NCBI GenBank assembly: GCA_951406725.2
Contig: OX597834.1
Span: forward strand, 38,626,001 to 38,690,000
Origin: Octopus vulgaris
Taxonomy: Eukaryota
Direction of reading: 5' to 3'
Length of the DNA: 64,000 bases
Under the pieces are notes generated by a model that was given only the letters and a program-made list of their open reading frames with translations, had not been told where the DNA came from and did not search any database. The position numbers and the translations under genes were made by a program. The first letter of the stretch is position 1. The number at the start of each line of letters is the position of its first letter. Below are positions 44,035-56,904 of this stretch, piece by piece.

Positions 44035-44601
44035 ATTACAGACATATATACATATATACATATACATGCATACATACATTTATGCGTATATATAAATGTA
44101 TATATTCTTGTCCCTATTCCATTGTTCAGAATGTTCAGACCCAGATGCCCTTCCAATGCTAAGTTCGTAAAGACAGCTGAAACCAACAACTCTAAACTGT
44201 GAACCTTCACACAGATGCACCATCTGGAAGCTCTTTCACGTACTCATTGCCAAAACCCCGAAACACGGCTTCACTCTACCCTCACACACACACGTTTTGT
44301 CGTACAACCCCCTCCTTCTATAGGTGCTCACCCCTTACTCAATGCAGCCCCACACACTTACACGTTGACAACAACATAAATATTGCAGTCTACACTGATT
44401 AACTTGGCTCCTAGTGAGTGCATTCCTTCCATTTTGGAATTAATGCCTAAATGGATCGATGAAGAAACAGTGGTGGTGGTGATGGTGGTGGTGGTGGTGG
44501 TGGTGGTGGTGGTGGTGGTGGTGGTGGTGGTGGTAGTAGAAGCACCATACACACATATATGTCTGTATGTATGCATAGGTGTTTGTGTGTGTGCGTGTAA
44601 A

Positions 44602-44660
<59 letters not shown>

Positions 44661-44989
44661 GTATATATGTAAAGATATATATATATATATGTATATGTAT
44701 GTATTATCAACCGATATATATGTATATATCATTATCATCATCCGTTGTCCATATATGCATGTGTGTGTGTATGCGTGTGAGTGTGTGTGTTATAAACATT
44801 TATATATATATTCAAATATATATATACACACACCCATGTATAATTGTATGCAGTTACATATATATAGTTATATGCATAGCTACATACACATATACATGCA
44901 TACATACATACAAACATGCATAGATACACACATACGTACATACATACATATACATGCATGCACATATACATACATATACTTCCATGCAT

Positions 44990-45362
44990 GCATACGTACG
45001 TACATACATACATACATACATACATACATACATACATACATACATACATACATACATACATGCATACATACATACATACATACATACATACATACATACA
45101 TACATACATACATACATACATACATACATACATACATACATACATACATACATACACACATACATACATACATACATACATACATACATACATGCATGCA
45201 TGCACATACATACATACATACATACATACATACATACATACATACATACATACATACATACATACATACATGCATACATACATGCATACATACATACATA
45301 CATACATACATACATACATACATACATACATACATACATACATACATACATACATACATACA
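44990..45362. repeat. (TACA)n microsatellite
   Basis: Direct tandem repeat. Confidence 0.95.
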
Positions 45363-45593
45363 AGTATGCATACATATTTAAAACCTCATATAAAAGTTGT
45401 TTGAACATCCATGCATTGCCACGGAGTCATGCATAGGTAGGTTAGCAAGTGTATGTACCTACCTTATATATTTGTGTGTGTATGTATATGTGTGTGTGTG
45501 TGTGTGTGCGTGTGCTTGTGTGTGTATGTAAACACTACATGCATACCTAAATATATATGCAGACAAATATTTATACATATAGACAAACATACA

Positions 45594-45645
<52 letters not shown>

Positions 45646-45679
45646 TATATTATATATATACATACACATATATATATAT

Positions 45680-45937
45680 CACCGTGACCACCGTGATCGA
45701 CCAGGCTATCAGATGTTGCTACACATCGCTGGTCACAATGCGTTTCGCATTGTTTTAGCCTTCAAATGATGCCACCCCGCTGGTTAAGCGAGCATGCCAA
45801 GAGAAGAAAGTTGTGGCGAAAGAATACAGCAGGGATCGCTATCACTCCCTGTCGGAGCCTCGTGGGGCCTTTAGGTGTTTTCGCTCAATAAACACTCACA
45901 ATGCCTGGTCTGGGAATCGAAACCACGATCCTACGGC
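45680..45937 (-). mobile_element. SINE family C
   Basis: ctcaataaacactcacaa...ggtctgggaatcgaaacc is the reverse complement of 6541-6590. Confidence 0.75.
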
Positions 45938-45992
45938 ACATACATATATATGTATATATGCATATGTGTTTGTGTGAACATATATATATATA

Positions 45993-46561
45993 TACTAACA
46001 ATATAGGATGAAGTCCCTTTCTTTACAGAAAAGGATTCCATCAGAAAGCGTGGCAGTATATTAAAAAAAACCTTTACGGTTGAAGTATAAACATCTTATA
46101 ATTAAGGGCTAAAGAAGGTTATTCTAAAGCCAATACACTGTTTTGTCCACTTATAATCCACTTGTTACAGGAAAATTGAACTGAAAGCGGGCAACTAACC
46201 TTTAGAAAATTTAAATTTCGTTATCTCTATATTGAATCAATTTCGGAATTAATCCCTATAAAGGATACATTCTTCTTCAGTAGAGCTTACGAGGGAACAT
46301 AAATGAAATACTCACATTTGATCATGGAAAAAGTAGAAGCTAAAAACACAACTACATTTAAGTACATCATTTATATCTAAAAATAAAAACTCCTTGGTTA
46401 GTCTCAGAACAACGTGTTGACCTTTCGCCGCTACATATTGTAATGGTTACCGGTCCCCTTGTAACAAGCAGTGAGTTTACTACTAACAATATAGGATGAA
46501 GTCCCTTTGTCTACAGAAAGGATTCCATCAGAAAGCGTGGCAGTATATTAAAAAACCTTTA
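45993..46561 (-). mobile_element. Hammerhead-containing element, 488-bp unit plus ~82-bp terminal direct repeat, ending at (TA)n
   Basis: tactaacaatataggatgaagtcccttt...aaaccttta at 45993-46076 and 46481-46561; HHR between them. Confidence 0.75.
46225..46285 (-). ncRNA. Type I hammerhead ribozyme motif
   Basis: CTCTA-CTGAAGA-A.GAAT..ATCC/GGAT..ATTC.C-GAAA-TTG(ATT)CAA-TA-TAGAG: 5-bp stem I, long stem II, palindromic stem III, AUA site. Confidence 0.7.
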
Positions 46562-46571
46562 ATTGACGATC

Positions 46572-46631
46572 CATAGCCAGAATTCATCGATCATAGCCAG
46601 AATTCATCGATCATAGCCAGAATTCATCGAT
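46572..46631. repeat. 20-bp tandem repeat x3
   Basis: catagccagaattcatcgat x3; a single related copy lies at 52948-52976. Confidence 0.9.
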
Positions 46632-47074
46632 ATTTTTCTATATTCCAAATACTCTTTGTATTGAGTCCTTTACTCTAATTCTGGGCATGCTCGTCCCGCA
46701 ACTACAAGAATATACGCGTTACGGAATAAACACATTTTTGAAAATCTTCTCATAACGTTAAGTTTCGTAACCCTAAGCTGATTTTATTTCATTGGGTTTC
46801 CTGTAATAAATAATGAGATCAGATTTGACGGAATTTCTCGATAAAAGAGAAGCGAAAAGCAACAACAGCGACATAAAGCAATGCAATACGACCTCTTTTA
46901 TGCGTGAAAATAAAACAATTTCTTAATAAACACAGAAAAATATGAATCCATGAAAAACCATTTGAAAAGAAATACTTTGAGGAATAAACAAGAATCGATA
47001 AAATTCAGTACCAGTGATATAATCGACTAGTCCCCGCCCCTCAAATTTGAGGCCGTTGGGCCCCAGTATAAAGG

Positions 47075-47126
<52 letters not shown>

Positions 47127-47128
<2 letters not shown>

Positions 47129-47752
47129 TTTATAGCGTGCTTTCACTTCACTACCGAGCACAGCTCTGTATGCCTTGGGTATGTGCTGTGATTTGTTGTG
47201 ATGCTCTGATGGTTATTGTATGGAAAGTGTTCTGCGTAGGATGTGTGCAGTGCCTAGTAGTGCAATTTTCTGTATGTTATATGTGTTTGTAAGTCCTGGT
47301 GTTTTTGTTATGTATTTGTCTGAATATTTTTTTATCATGCCTAATGCACGTACTATGATAGGAATTGTTTCTGTTTTCAGATTCCACATTCTAGTTATCT
47401 CTATTTCCAGGTCTTTGTATTTTGAGAGTTTCTCCATTTCTTTTAGAGACACGTTGTCATCTGCCGGTACTGATACATCAATTAGAAAGCATTTTTTTCT
47501 TCATGATTTCTGACAACTATATCTGGTCTGTTGGCCTTAATTTCTCTATCTGTGTGTATCGGCATATCCCAGAGTATGGTTGCTTTGTCGTTTTCTGTGA
47601 CCTTTTCTGGTGTGTGCCTATACCATCTTTTTTCTGTTGTTATTCCATAATGTTGGCATAGCTTCCAATGTATGTAGGTTCCAACTCTGTCATGTCTGTG
47701 AATATATTCCTTCTTAGCCAAGACTGGGCAGCTAGAGATAATATGATTTATT
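47127..47752 (-). mobile_element. R4/Dong-like LINE 3' fragment within (TAA)n
   Basis: HIISSCPVLAKKEYIHRHD...ILWDMPIHTDREIKANRPDIVV...KLSKYKDLEIEITRMW; zinc-knuckle tail and PD-(D/E)xK nuclease motifs. Confidence 0.9.
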
Positions 47753-47809
<57 letters not shown>

Positions 47810-47817
47810 GTAGTATT

Positions 47818-47855
<38 letters not shown>

Positions 47856-47915
47856 CATTATTATTGTTGTTATTATTATTATTATAATTATTATTATTAT
47901 TAATTATTATTATTG

Positions 47916-48234
<319 letters not shown>

Positions 48235-48235
48235 G

Positions 48236-48270
<35 letters not shown>

Positions 48271-48278
48271 CATTATTA

Positions 48279-48335
<57 letters not shown>

Positions 48336-48845
48336 ATTTATTTAGTGTTATTAGCGGTCAGCATACAAACAAACTTCCTTTTTAGAAGTATCTAGATGCA
48401 ACAACTCCGCAGACTCAAAGCGGAAAAATAAGTAATCCTATCTACTACTGGGAGAAGAATAATTGAAAATGGCTTTCTCTCCCATCTCTCTCCTCCTCTC
48501 TCTTTCACTCACTCTCTCCGCTCTCAGGTGCTAATACCGTTAATCAATTTGTTAAACCAGACAGAAATCTATTATTAATGGGAAGACAATTCATTCATCT
48601 TTTGTATATGTCCGACCTTTACGTCATATGCGGCAGATGATAAACATCTTGAAATATTGCTACAGATATCTCGCTGATTTAATAGAAAGAACTGATCGGA
48701 TTAGATAACTGTACCAAGGTAACCTTGTATCGAAGGAAATTAATTAAGAAGACAAATATCATCTTCGATAAAGAAACAGATTTAAGAGAATTAGACCAAA
48801 CTCTGACTTATAAATCAGTTAACTAGACAAATCATACTTGTTAAT

Positions 48846-49036
48846 TGATTGTAGGGTCACCGTATTTCATTATGTAACCATAGTAAAGATTTTAATATGC
48901 AGCCATGTAAAGTGATAACTTTAAAATGTGACTAAATCGCGCTGCTAACACAGACAGGTCACATTTTTGACTTATAAGACTTTAATATGCCTAATAGTAT
49001 ATTATGGTTGCATAACGAAATGTGGTGTCCCAATCA
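48846..49036. mobile_element. Decayed MITE with ~30-bp TIRs
   Basis: gggtcaccgtatttcattatgtaaccatag versus ttatggttgcataacgaaatgtggtgtccc. Confidence 0.6.
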
Positions 49037-49093
49037 CTAGTTAATATGTACATACCAATTGCCAGAAATGTGTTCGTGGATGGTTAATGGATT

Positions 49094-49149
49094 GGATGTG
49101 GTGCTGATGAAAGAGCAAGAACTCTCGAAATATGTATATACACCCATTT
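49094..49149 (+). ncRNA. Type I hammerhead ribozyme motif
   Basis: ATG(T)GGTG-CTGATGA-A.AGAG(CAAGAA)CTCT.C-GAAA-TAT(GT)ATA-TA-CACCCAT; AUA site after 49140. Confidence 0.6.
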
Positions 49150-49579
49150 ACCTATTTTTGTATCTTCGATCGCATTGTTTACATAGACATGTTCGGATAT
49201 GAAACATCGTAACTTTCAATGCTGGCTCTAATTATTATAGAAAATCTTTAGAGACAGCTTTAGAAAGTGAAATCATACTAAATGATCGAAATCCATTCCA
49301 ACAGTGACTCTCTTTCTTTTAGACAGTTTAACTTTGATTACATTGTTCTATGACCTATTTGAAGGCATCCGAGTGTAATTTGAACAATATTTTAGCAACA
49401 CTTTGTAGCGGTTCGGTGGGCACGCAGATGCTCCGTAATGGTGAGTGACCAGCATCTGTACCTATGTAAAAGACAGAGAGAGAGGAGGAGAAAACAGTTA
49501 AATAGAAAAGAAAGCATCCAAAGTCCTCATGCCTTTCACATAACTTTTTTTGTTATTTAAAGGAAGCAAACGAAAGGGA

Positions 49580-49614
<35 letters not shown>

Positions 49615-51734
49615 AATGAATAAATAAATAACAAGTAAATCGCATTGCCGGTTTGACCTAAGAATGGAATCCAGGTGGAGCTGTCAGTTTGGCCTTCAGC
49701 AAACCACTTTCCCCGCTGGACCAGTGTTGATCACATTAACATTCTAAACTACTCCAGCATCCATTCACGTCATCAGGTGATCAGTGATGCAGATAAGTCT
49801 TATATCCAGTTTACTTACAGCCGTTTACAGCTCTTTTCAACAAGTGTAAAGATTAATTTCTCTTAAACGGCCGCCTTTTTATTCCAAATATCTTGTCCTA
49901 CATTAAATGTCACAATCCAATGGAGGAAATTAATATAATATTTTTGCCTTCACTAGTACAGATGACGTCATCAAAACATTATTAAATGTCATCTAATGAA
50001 CCGAAGAAAAACCGTTTTCAATTTCTTTCTTTCATTCCTTCTTTTCTTATTCCCTCTACTTTTTCTCTCTCATTCATCATTTTAGTTTTCCCACCTCCTC
50101 CTCTCACCCTCCTCTTTCTCCTCCTTTCCTCCTTCTCCTTCTGCCCTCTTCTTCTACTTCTTCGTTTTCTTCTTTCTTCAAGGGAGAAGTGACGAAGATG
50201 ATGTTGATACGATCATGTTGATACGATCATGATGATCGTTATCTTCGTCATCATCGTCTTTGTTGTCATCATCATCATCATCAACAACGGTACCATAAAA
50301 TCACTACCACTGCTTCTACTACCACCACCACCACCACTACCACCACCACCATCACTAAAGCACCTCTACCACCACCACCACCACCACCGCCGCCGCCGCC
50401 GCCCCTATGACTACCACCTTGTGCAAATGTTGCTTACCATAAAACCGAGTTGAATAATACCCTCTGAGGGAAATGTGCAAACAAAAAACTGTACGGAAGT
50501 CTTCCAGAAGGAGAGGGAGTTCCTTTTCTTGGATCGTGATTATAATTTATCTATTGGTTTAACACCGCTACTTGGTCCATGGTGAAGGGGTCCCTTTAGT
50601 ATAGACTACATTGTTTCTCCTTTCGAGCCAGGTCTTCGAATACGAGCAACTCTATAAGAATATACTCCTCCCTTCTCCCACCAGTTTCGGAAACTCATAA
50701 GATGTCCATGAGCACTACTCTTTATCGTTTGGTTAGATAATCAAAAAATGGCAAAAATTATCAGATGTTAGGTGTGTATGTATGAGTGTTAAGGAAAAGA
50801 GAAACAGAGGTGAGGAGAAGCAACAATAAACTTGAATAAGGCCATTACGTTCAAAATATTAGGCCATATAATGTGAACTGTCTCCAACTATGTCGTTTAT
50901 TGACCAATGATTTCCAACCGAACACTCTTTTACTAAATTTGTTTATATTTAATTGCTTTCGATACCTTCTTACCTGGACTTTCATTTCGTCTGCTGGGAA
51001 TAAAACAGTTGTCTGGGCAATCGATAACCCGGTATTCATATAACCTATATCAACCCCGTCGAAGCTAAACTCGAATAAACATAGTCGTAAGTTTTCAGAT
51101 TTATAATCTAATAATGATGACGGTGCGTTATTGTGTGTCTGTCTATGTGTGTATGTGTTTGTGTGTGTGTGTCTGTCTATGTGTGTGTGTACGTGTGTGT
51201 ATGTGTGTACGTGTGTGTGTGTGCTTATACCTGTCTCCTCTCATAGCTCGTCCTCCTAGCGTTCATAATAATTTTTCTATCGTCTTGGCATAACAACCCT
51301 CACCGTTTGTTTTTACTGTTTCTGTTCTCACTGTCTTGTTCTTGTTACCACTTTCACCCTCCGCAAAAAAAAATAAATCCCAAATTTTATTTAATTTGCT
51401 TTGCGGAAAGGACTGTTTCAACGAAGTCACGTATCGTCCTTACTTTCTAACGCGTAGATAAAATGGGGACAACTGAAGAAGGGGAATGTTCTCTGTTTGT
51501 TTTTTCGTTGTTCGAAAAAAAAGTTCGTTTTCTATGTTTTTGTTTTTATGTTTTCGCTTCTCATTGTGTTCAACGTTTTTTTTATGTCTTGTACTCATAT
51601 ATGCATGTATATACACATATACATATATATATATATGTAGGTATGTACATATATGTATGTATATATGCATCTATTTATATATTACTTATATTATTATATG
51701 ATTGAACGCCACGCATCCTTTTCCAAGTAGGTTT

Positions 51735-51808
<74 letters not shown>

Positions 51809-51968
51809 AATATAAGAGAGTGGTCACTATATTGATCACTCTAGCACCAGTTAATCCAAAAGGTTTCAACCACGAAAATACATGTTTCCCATGAAAGCCA
51901 GCACTAGGCCACTTGGTGTGGAATAAATATACTATTAAATTAGTATCTAATTCTCTCACCCTTATTAA

Positions 51969-52088
<120 letters not shown>

Positions 52089-53179
52089 AGAGAGAAAGAC
52101 CGACAGACAGACACACACACATACATACAAATACACACACAGACACACACACACACATATATATATATCATTATTATATTATCATTATATTATATTATGT
52201 TTCATTATATTGTGTCGTAATTGCAATACGTAGGGTGGTTGGGGATGCTTTGGCATTGGTCAAGCTGTGGTAACTCTTGTGGTACTTCTTTTCTTATTGC
52301 TGTCGATAAGATTATCACCATACTTATATTAGTTTTAAATTTTGGCTGAAGACCAGCAATTTCGAGTGAGAATCTAAGTCGATTACGTCGAGCCCCAACG
52401 CTCAACTGGATCAACTTATTTTTCGAAAAGCAAAGTTGAACCGGCGGCACATAAACTTTAAATGCAAAGTCGGAAGAAATGCCTCGGAACATTTTGTCCG
52501 GCGCGGTAACGATTCTACCAATTCATTGCCTTAATCGCCATGCTCATATTAAAAACGTTTAGCGACGGATATGTGCCTCATTGTTATTCCAGAGACTTAA
52601 TATGGATTCAGATATGATTAAGACACCACAGATTCGATCTGTGACATCAAACGTATACAGGAGAAGAGCATGGATCCCATTTTATCAAGATTTTTGTTTG
52701 ACAGGGCTGGTTGTTTCAGTATGGAAGCTCACCCACCATATCAAGTTTCAAATGCATTGAGTTTGCTACGGCATTCGTCTTAAAGCAATTATTCCCGGAG
52801 CAATTCATGCTGAATTAGTTCTCACTAAGCGCTCCCAACCAAAAACCTAAAATAGAGATTTCATGACGTCACAAACAAGATAGCCTTATACCTTTGAATA
52901 CTGGGGCTGTTATTTGATGAAATGTTTTATCAGTGAATAGAAGTGGTTGACGATCCATAGCCAGAAATCATCGATCAAATAATGAAACGTAAAGTCTGCA
53001 AAGAGCGGGGTTGTTGCAGCTCTGCAGAGTTGACCATCCAGAGGAACTTAGCCGCTTTCACAAACCAGGCTTCTCACCTGTGAAGGGTCATCCCTCCCAA
53101 CATGCGATGCATATATACAGAGCGGCCCAAAAGTAGGTTTACAGTTATTCAACCATCTCTTTCGCATTCATGTATTAAC

Positions 53180-53552
53180 AGTTTAGATATTACAACAATC
53201 GAAAGCAACAACAGTCCCCGAAATGAAGGGCACTGCTCAGTATCAAAGGCCCCATCTTCATCGAAGATACGAACCCAATATTGTAACAGCTTGGTATTCA
53301 AGGGACCACAATTTTTTGATTCCCTACCACAGAACATCAGGGATCTGCGAGGTGTGGACAAGGAGGTCTTCCAAAACGTCTAGACAGTTTTTTTAAAATC
53401 TTCAATGCCGGAGGCAGGAGGCACAAAGAAGAGTGACAACCTCGAACTCGCTACTTCACCAGAAGCAATACTGGGAAACTCACCAGAAGCAGTAAAGGCG
53501 GTGCACCAGCATGGCCTCAGCCTCTGGCTGAAACCCGTAAAAGGTAAAAGTT
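53180..53552 (+). mobile_element. CR1/L2-like LINE 3' end
   Basis: IRTQYCNSLVFKGPQFFDSLPQNIRDL; tail aaggcggtgcaccagcatggcc...gctgaaac. Confidence 0.7.
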
Positions 53553-53555
53553 ATA

Positions 53556-53648
<93 letters not shown>

Positions 53649-53652
<4 letters not shown>

Positions 53653-53883
53653 AAATAAGTCAAAATAGAAAATGCTAAAATAATTTTATATAGAACATTT
53701 CAGTACCGGTTTCAGTCATTTTGAGACCTTTTCAACTGTAACGATTAAATAATTAAGTTTAGAAAAATTAAAAGAAAAGTTTTTTTAAAGGAATATTTGT
53801 ATAGTGTTCAAATATAAGTGGCATTTTCCTTGTTTCTGCCTTTCTCTGTCTCTCTTGTTTACACTTGTGTGTTCGAGGTCGTT
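53649..53883 (-). mobile_element. (TA)n-embedded hammerhead-bearing element
   Basis: TA repeats on both sides; the same terminus (gaaaaaa.aagtcaaaatagaa) occurs as a stub at 29441-29464. Confidence 0.6.
53696..53743 (-). ncRNA. Minimal type I hammerhead ribozyme, U3-A8 core variant
   Basis: cgttaCAG-TTGAAAA-GGTC(TCAAAAT)GACT-GAAA-CCGG-TA-CTGaaatg; GUA site. Confidence 0.65.
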
Positions 53884-54249
53884 ATATATATAATACACGT
53901 CGTTGATCGGATAATTACATTTACTGTTTCTCGAAAGCCACATTCAAAGTATTATGTATATAATTTACTCCTCCTGTATGTGTGTATTTTATAAGAGAAG
54001 GATATGTAATAACTGAAGTAGAAACAAGATCAATTTCATACATGACCTTCTGTTTGTTTATTATATGACAACAGTAAATTAGTTGTATGTTTTATTTTAT
54101 TTAGTAATACAGTAACGGCAATTATACAACACATACATACAACTGCTTACAATAATAGAGATTACTGTATAATTTCTCCTATGTTCATAATTTTTGGTTT
54201 ACGATATTGAAAAAAATATGCCAGCAAAGAAAAGATGTAAGCTCTCCAG

Positions 54250-54486
54250 AAACTGGTATAACTGGTATGCGAGGAACGAATACGGTGTCACCTTTACTAC
54301 AACCAGTGAGAATATTTATCTCAATGCAGTTCCTCATAGGTTTGTGCACAAATACTGTTGAACCATTGCATAACTTTTGTTGAGAAAAATTAGGCAATAG
54401 CATAATAGCAGATATGGAAAATGCTTCCCTTAAACCATTTACTTTCATTTTAGTGGACAAACAAACGGACAAAATCTCCCTTATAT

Positions 54487-54492
<6 letters not shown>
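54250..54492 (-). mobile_element. Helitron derivative carrying a PIF1-like helicase fragment
   Basis: IMLLPNFSQQKLCNGS...ILTGCSKGDTVFVPRIPVIP resembles the RepHel motif MLLRN..LCNGT..ILTG..G..VFIPRI. Confidence 0.8.
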
Positions 54493-54532
<40 letters not shown>

Positions 54533-54674
54533 TATATATTACATATTATATATATATATATATATATTATATATATGATGATGGCTTCATTTTTAGAGAT
54601 GATAGCCGTCCAATCAACACATACCCCACACCCCATCATACAGTACAATCACTCTGTTGATGAGCCCTTAGATG

Positions 54675-54705
<31 letters not shown>

Positions 54706-54760
54706 CATCTTATATATATATATATACATACATTTATATATGCTATATATAAATATATAT

Positions 54761-54833
<73 letters not shown>

Positions 54834-54978
54834 GATACAATAGAAATATGTTACAAAAAGAAAATAGAAATTGCACGAGGTAATGTGAGGGAAAAGTAAG
54901 AAAAATCAACGAAAATGCACATTATATTATATATATATAATATATATATATACATATATATATATATTATATATATAT

Positions 54979-55191
54979 ACTCTTTTACTCTTTTATTTGT
55001 TTCAGTCATTTGACTGCGGCCATGCTGGAGCACCGCCTTTAATCGAGCAACTCGACCCCGGGACTTATTCTTTGTAAACCCAGTACTTATTCTATCGGTC
55101 TCTTTTTGCCGAACCGCTAAGTGACGGGGACATAAACACACCAGCATCAGTTGTCAAGCAATGCTAGGGGGACAAACACAGACACACAAGT

Positions 55192-55265
<74 letters not shown>

Positions 55266-55426
55266 GACGGGCTTCTTTCAGTTTCCGTCTACCAAATCCA
55301 CTCACAAGGCTTTGGTCGGCCCGAGGCTATAGTAGAAGACACTTGCCCAAGGTGCCACGCAGTGGGACTGAACCCAGAACCATATGGTTGGTAAACAAGC
55401 TACTTACCACACAGCCACTCCTGCGC
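54979..55426 (-). mobile_element. SINE family B, full length with long internal (TA)n
   Basis: Close reverse complement of 36427-36822. Confidence 0.9.
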
Positions 55427-55427
55427 G

Positions 55428-55545
<118 letters not shown>

Positions 55546-55805
55546 CGGACAGACAGCGGATGGATGGATATGTGACTCTACGATGTATGTTTAGGTGTGT
55601 ATATACCTTATGAGTCAAACACTTGACATGATAGTATTTTTCAGAAATAATGTGAAGGTCAGTTGAAAGGTCAGTGAGATGATGACGTCAATAGGTCAAA
55701 TATTTTCATCTTCAAATAAACAAACTATTAAATGTTATAATCATTGCAATACAGACGACTTAAAGCCTACTTGGAAAAACGGAACTAAATTTATCTATCT
55801 ATCAT

Positions 55806-55872
<67 letters not shown>

Positions 55873-55885
55873 GAACGTCTGTCTG

Positions 55886-55939
<54 letters not shown>

Positions 55940-56049
55940 AATCGATCTATCTATCTATCTGTATTGTATGCGTTGGTTTACAGGGGGTAAAGGAGGGAAA
56001 GTATTGAATACTGTAGAAGAGTGCCACAATTTATTTCGTCTGTCCCCAG

Positions 56050-56490
56050 ACGTGGCTGTGTGGTAAGAAGTTCTCTTCTTAACCACACATGGTTCCATGG
56101 TTCACAAGAACAGATACGAACGCAGACAAAAGACAATACAAACGTAGACAGCAAAATGGAAAAATATACCCCAAGAAAGAACACTGAATATACAACACAA
56201 ACAACACACAGCAAGGACAAAGAGAAAAAAATAAAATAACTGTTTAAAATTTTTTTTATAAAAATGTTCAATGACGTTATCTGGAGTGTGGGGTTCGAGT
56301 TGACGTCGTTCCACCTTTTCATTTATCATTACCATTCTTTCGTTTCGATTTTATTTTTCCCCACTTTTGAGTTTTGTCTGTTCTTGTGCTGTCTCTTCTG
56401 TGTTCGATCCTGTGGTTAATCAAGGAATAGCAGTCCCAAACCATCTGCGAAGATTTTGTAGACGGAAGCCGAATAAAAAAATCTTTCGAA
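56050..56490 (+). mobile_element. SINE B head interrupted by a ~300-bp insert with weak inverted ends
   Basis: Head cgtggctgtgtggtaagaag; cacaagaacaga...tctgttcttgtg; SINE resumes near tttgtagacggaa. Confidence 0.45.
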
Positions 56491-56517
56491 TATTCATACA
56501 CACACACATCATATACA

Positions 56518-56591
<74 letters not shown>

Positions 56592-56592
<1 letters not shown>

Positions 56593-56742
56593 TAATTTAG
56601 AGATAGTATACCCCTACTTCTCACCAAATAAAAATAATTTTTATTTTTATTTTATATACCTACTGTTTTATTCCTTTTAGTAAAATAAAAATAGAATTAT
56701 TTTTATTTGGTGAGAAGTAGGGGTATACTATCTCTAAATTAA
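56592..56742. repeat. Fold-back element with ~62-bp arms next to (TA)n
   Basis: ttaatttagagatagtatacccctacttctcaccaaata... versus ...tatttggtgagaagtaggggtatactatctctaaattaa. Confidence 0.9.
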
Positions 56743-56805
56743 AATATAGTTCTTCATTGAGAATAATTTGAACCTCTGTTATGCCGGAATTGTTATATTT
56801 AAATA

Positions 56806-56836
<31 letters not shown>

Positions 56837-56904
56837 ATATATATATATATTATCATCATCATAAAAAAAGGCTCCATCTTTGGGGTGTAGTTAACGCAGA
56901 AAAA

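Noticed and set aside
46572-46631. CRISPR-like short repeats (also 24521-24695)
   Set aside because: No spacers, no cas genes, eukaryotic context; plain tandem repeats.
50599-50645. Degenerate HHR-like fold on the minus strand
   Set aside because: Core reads TCGAAGA and stem III is mismatched; indistinguishable from chance.
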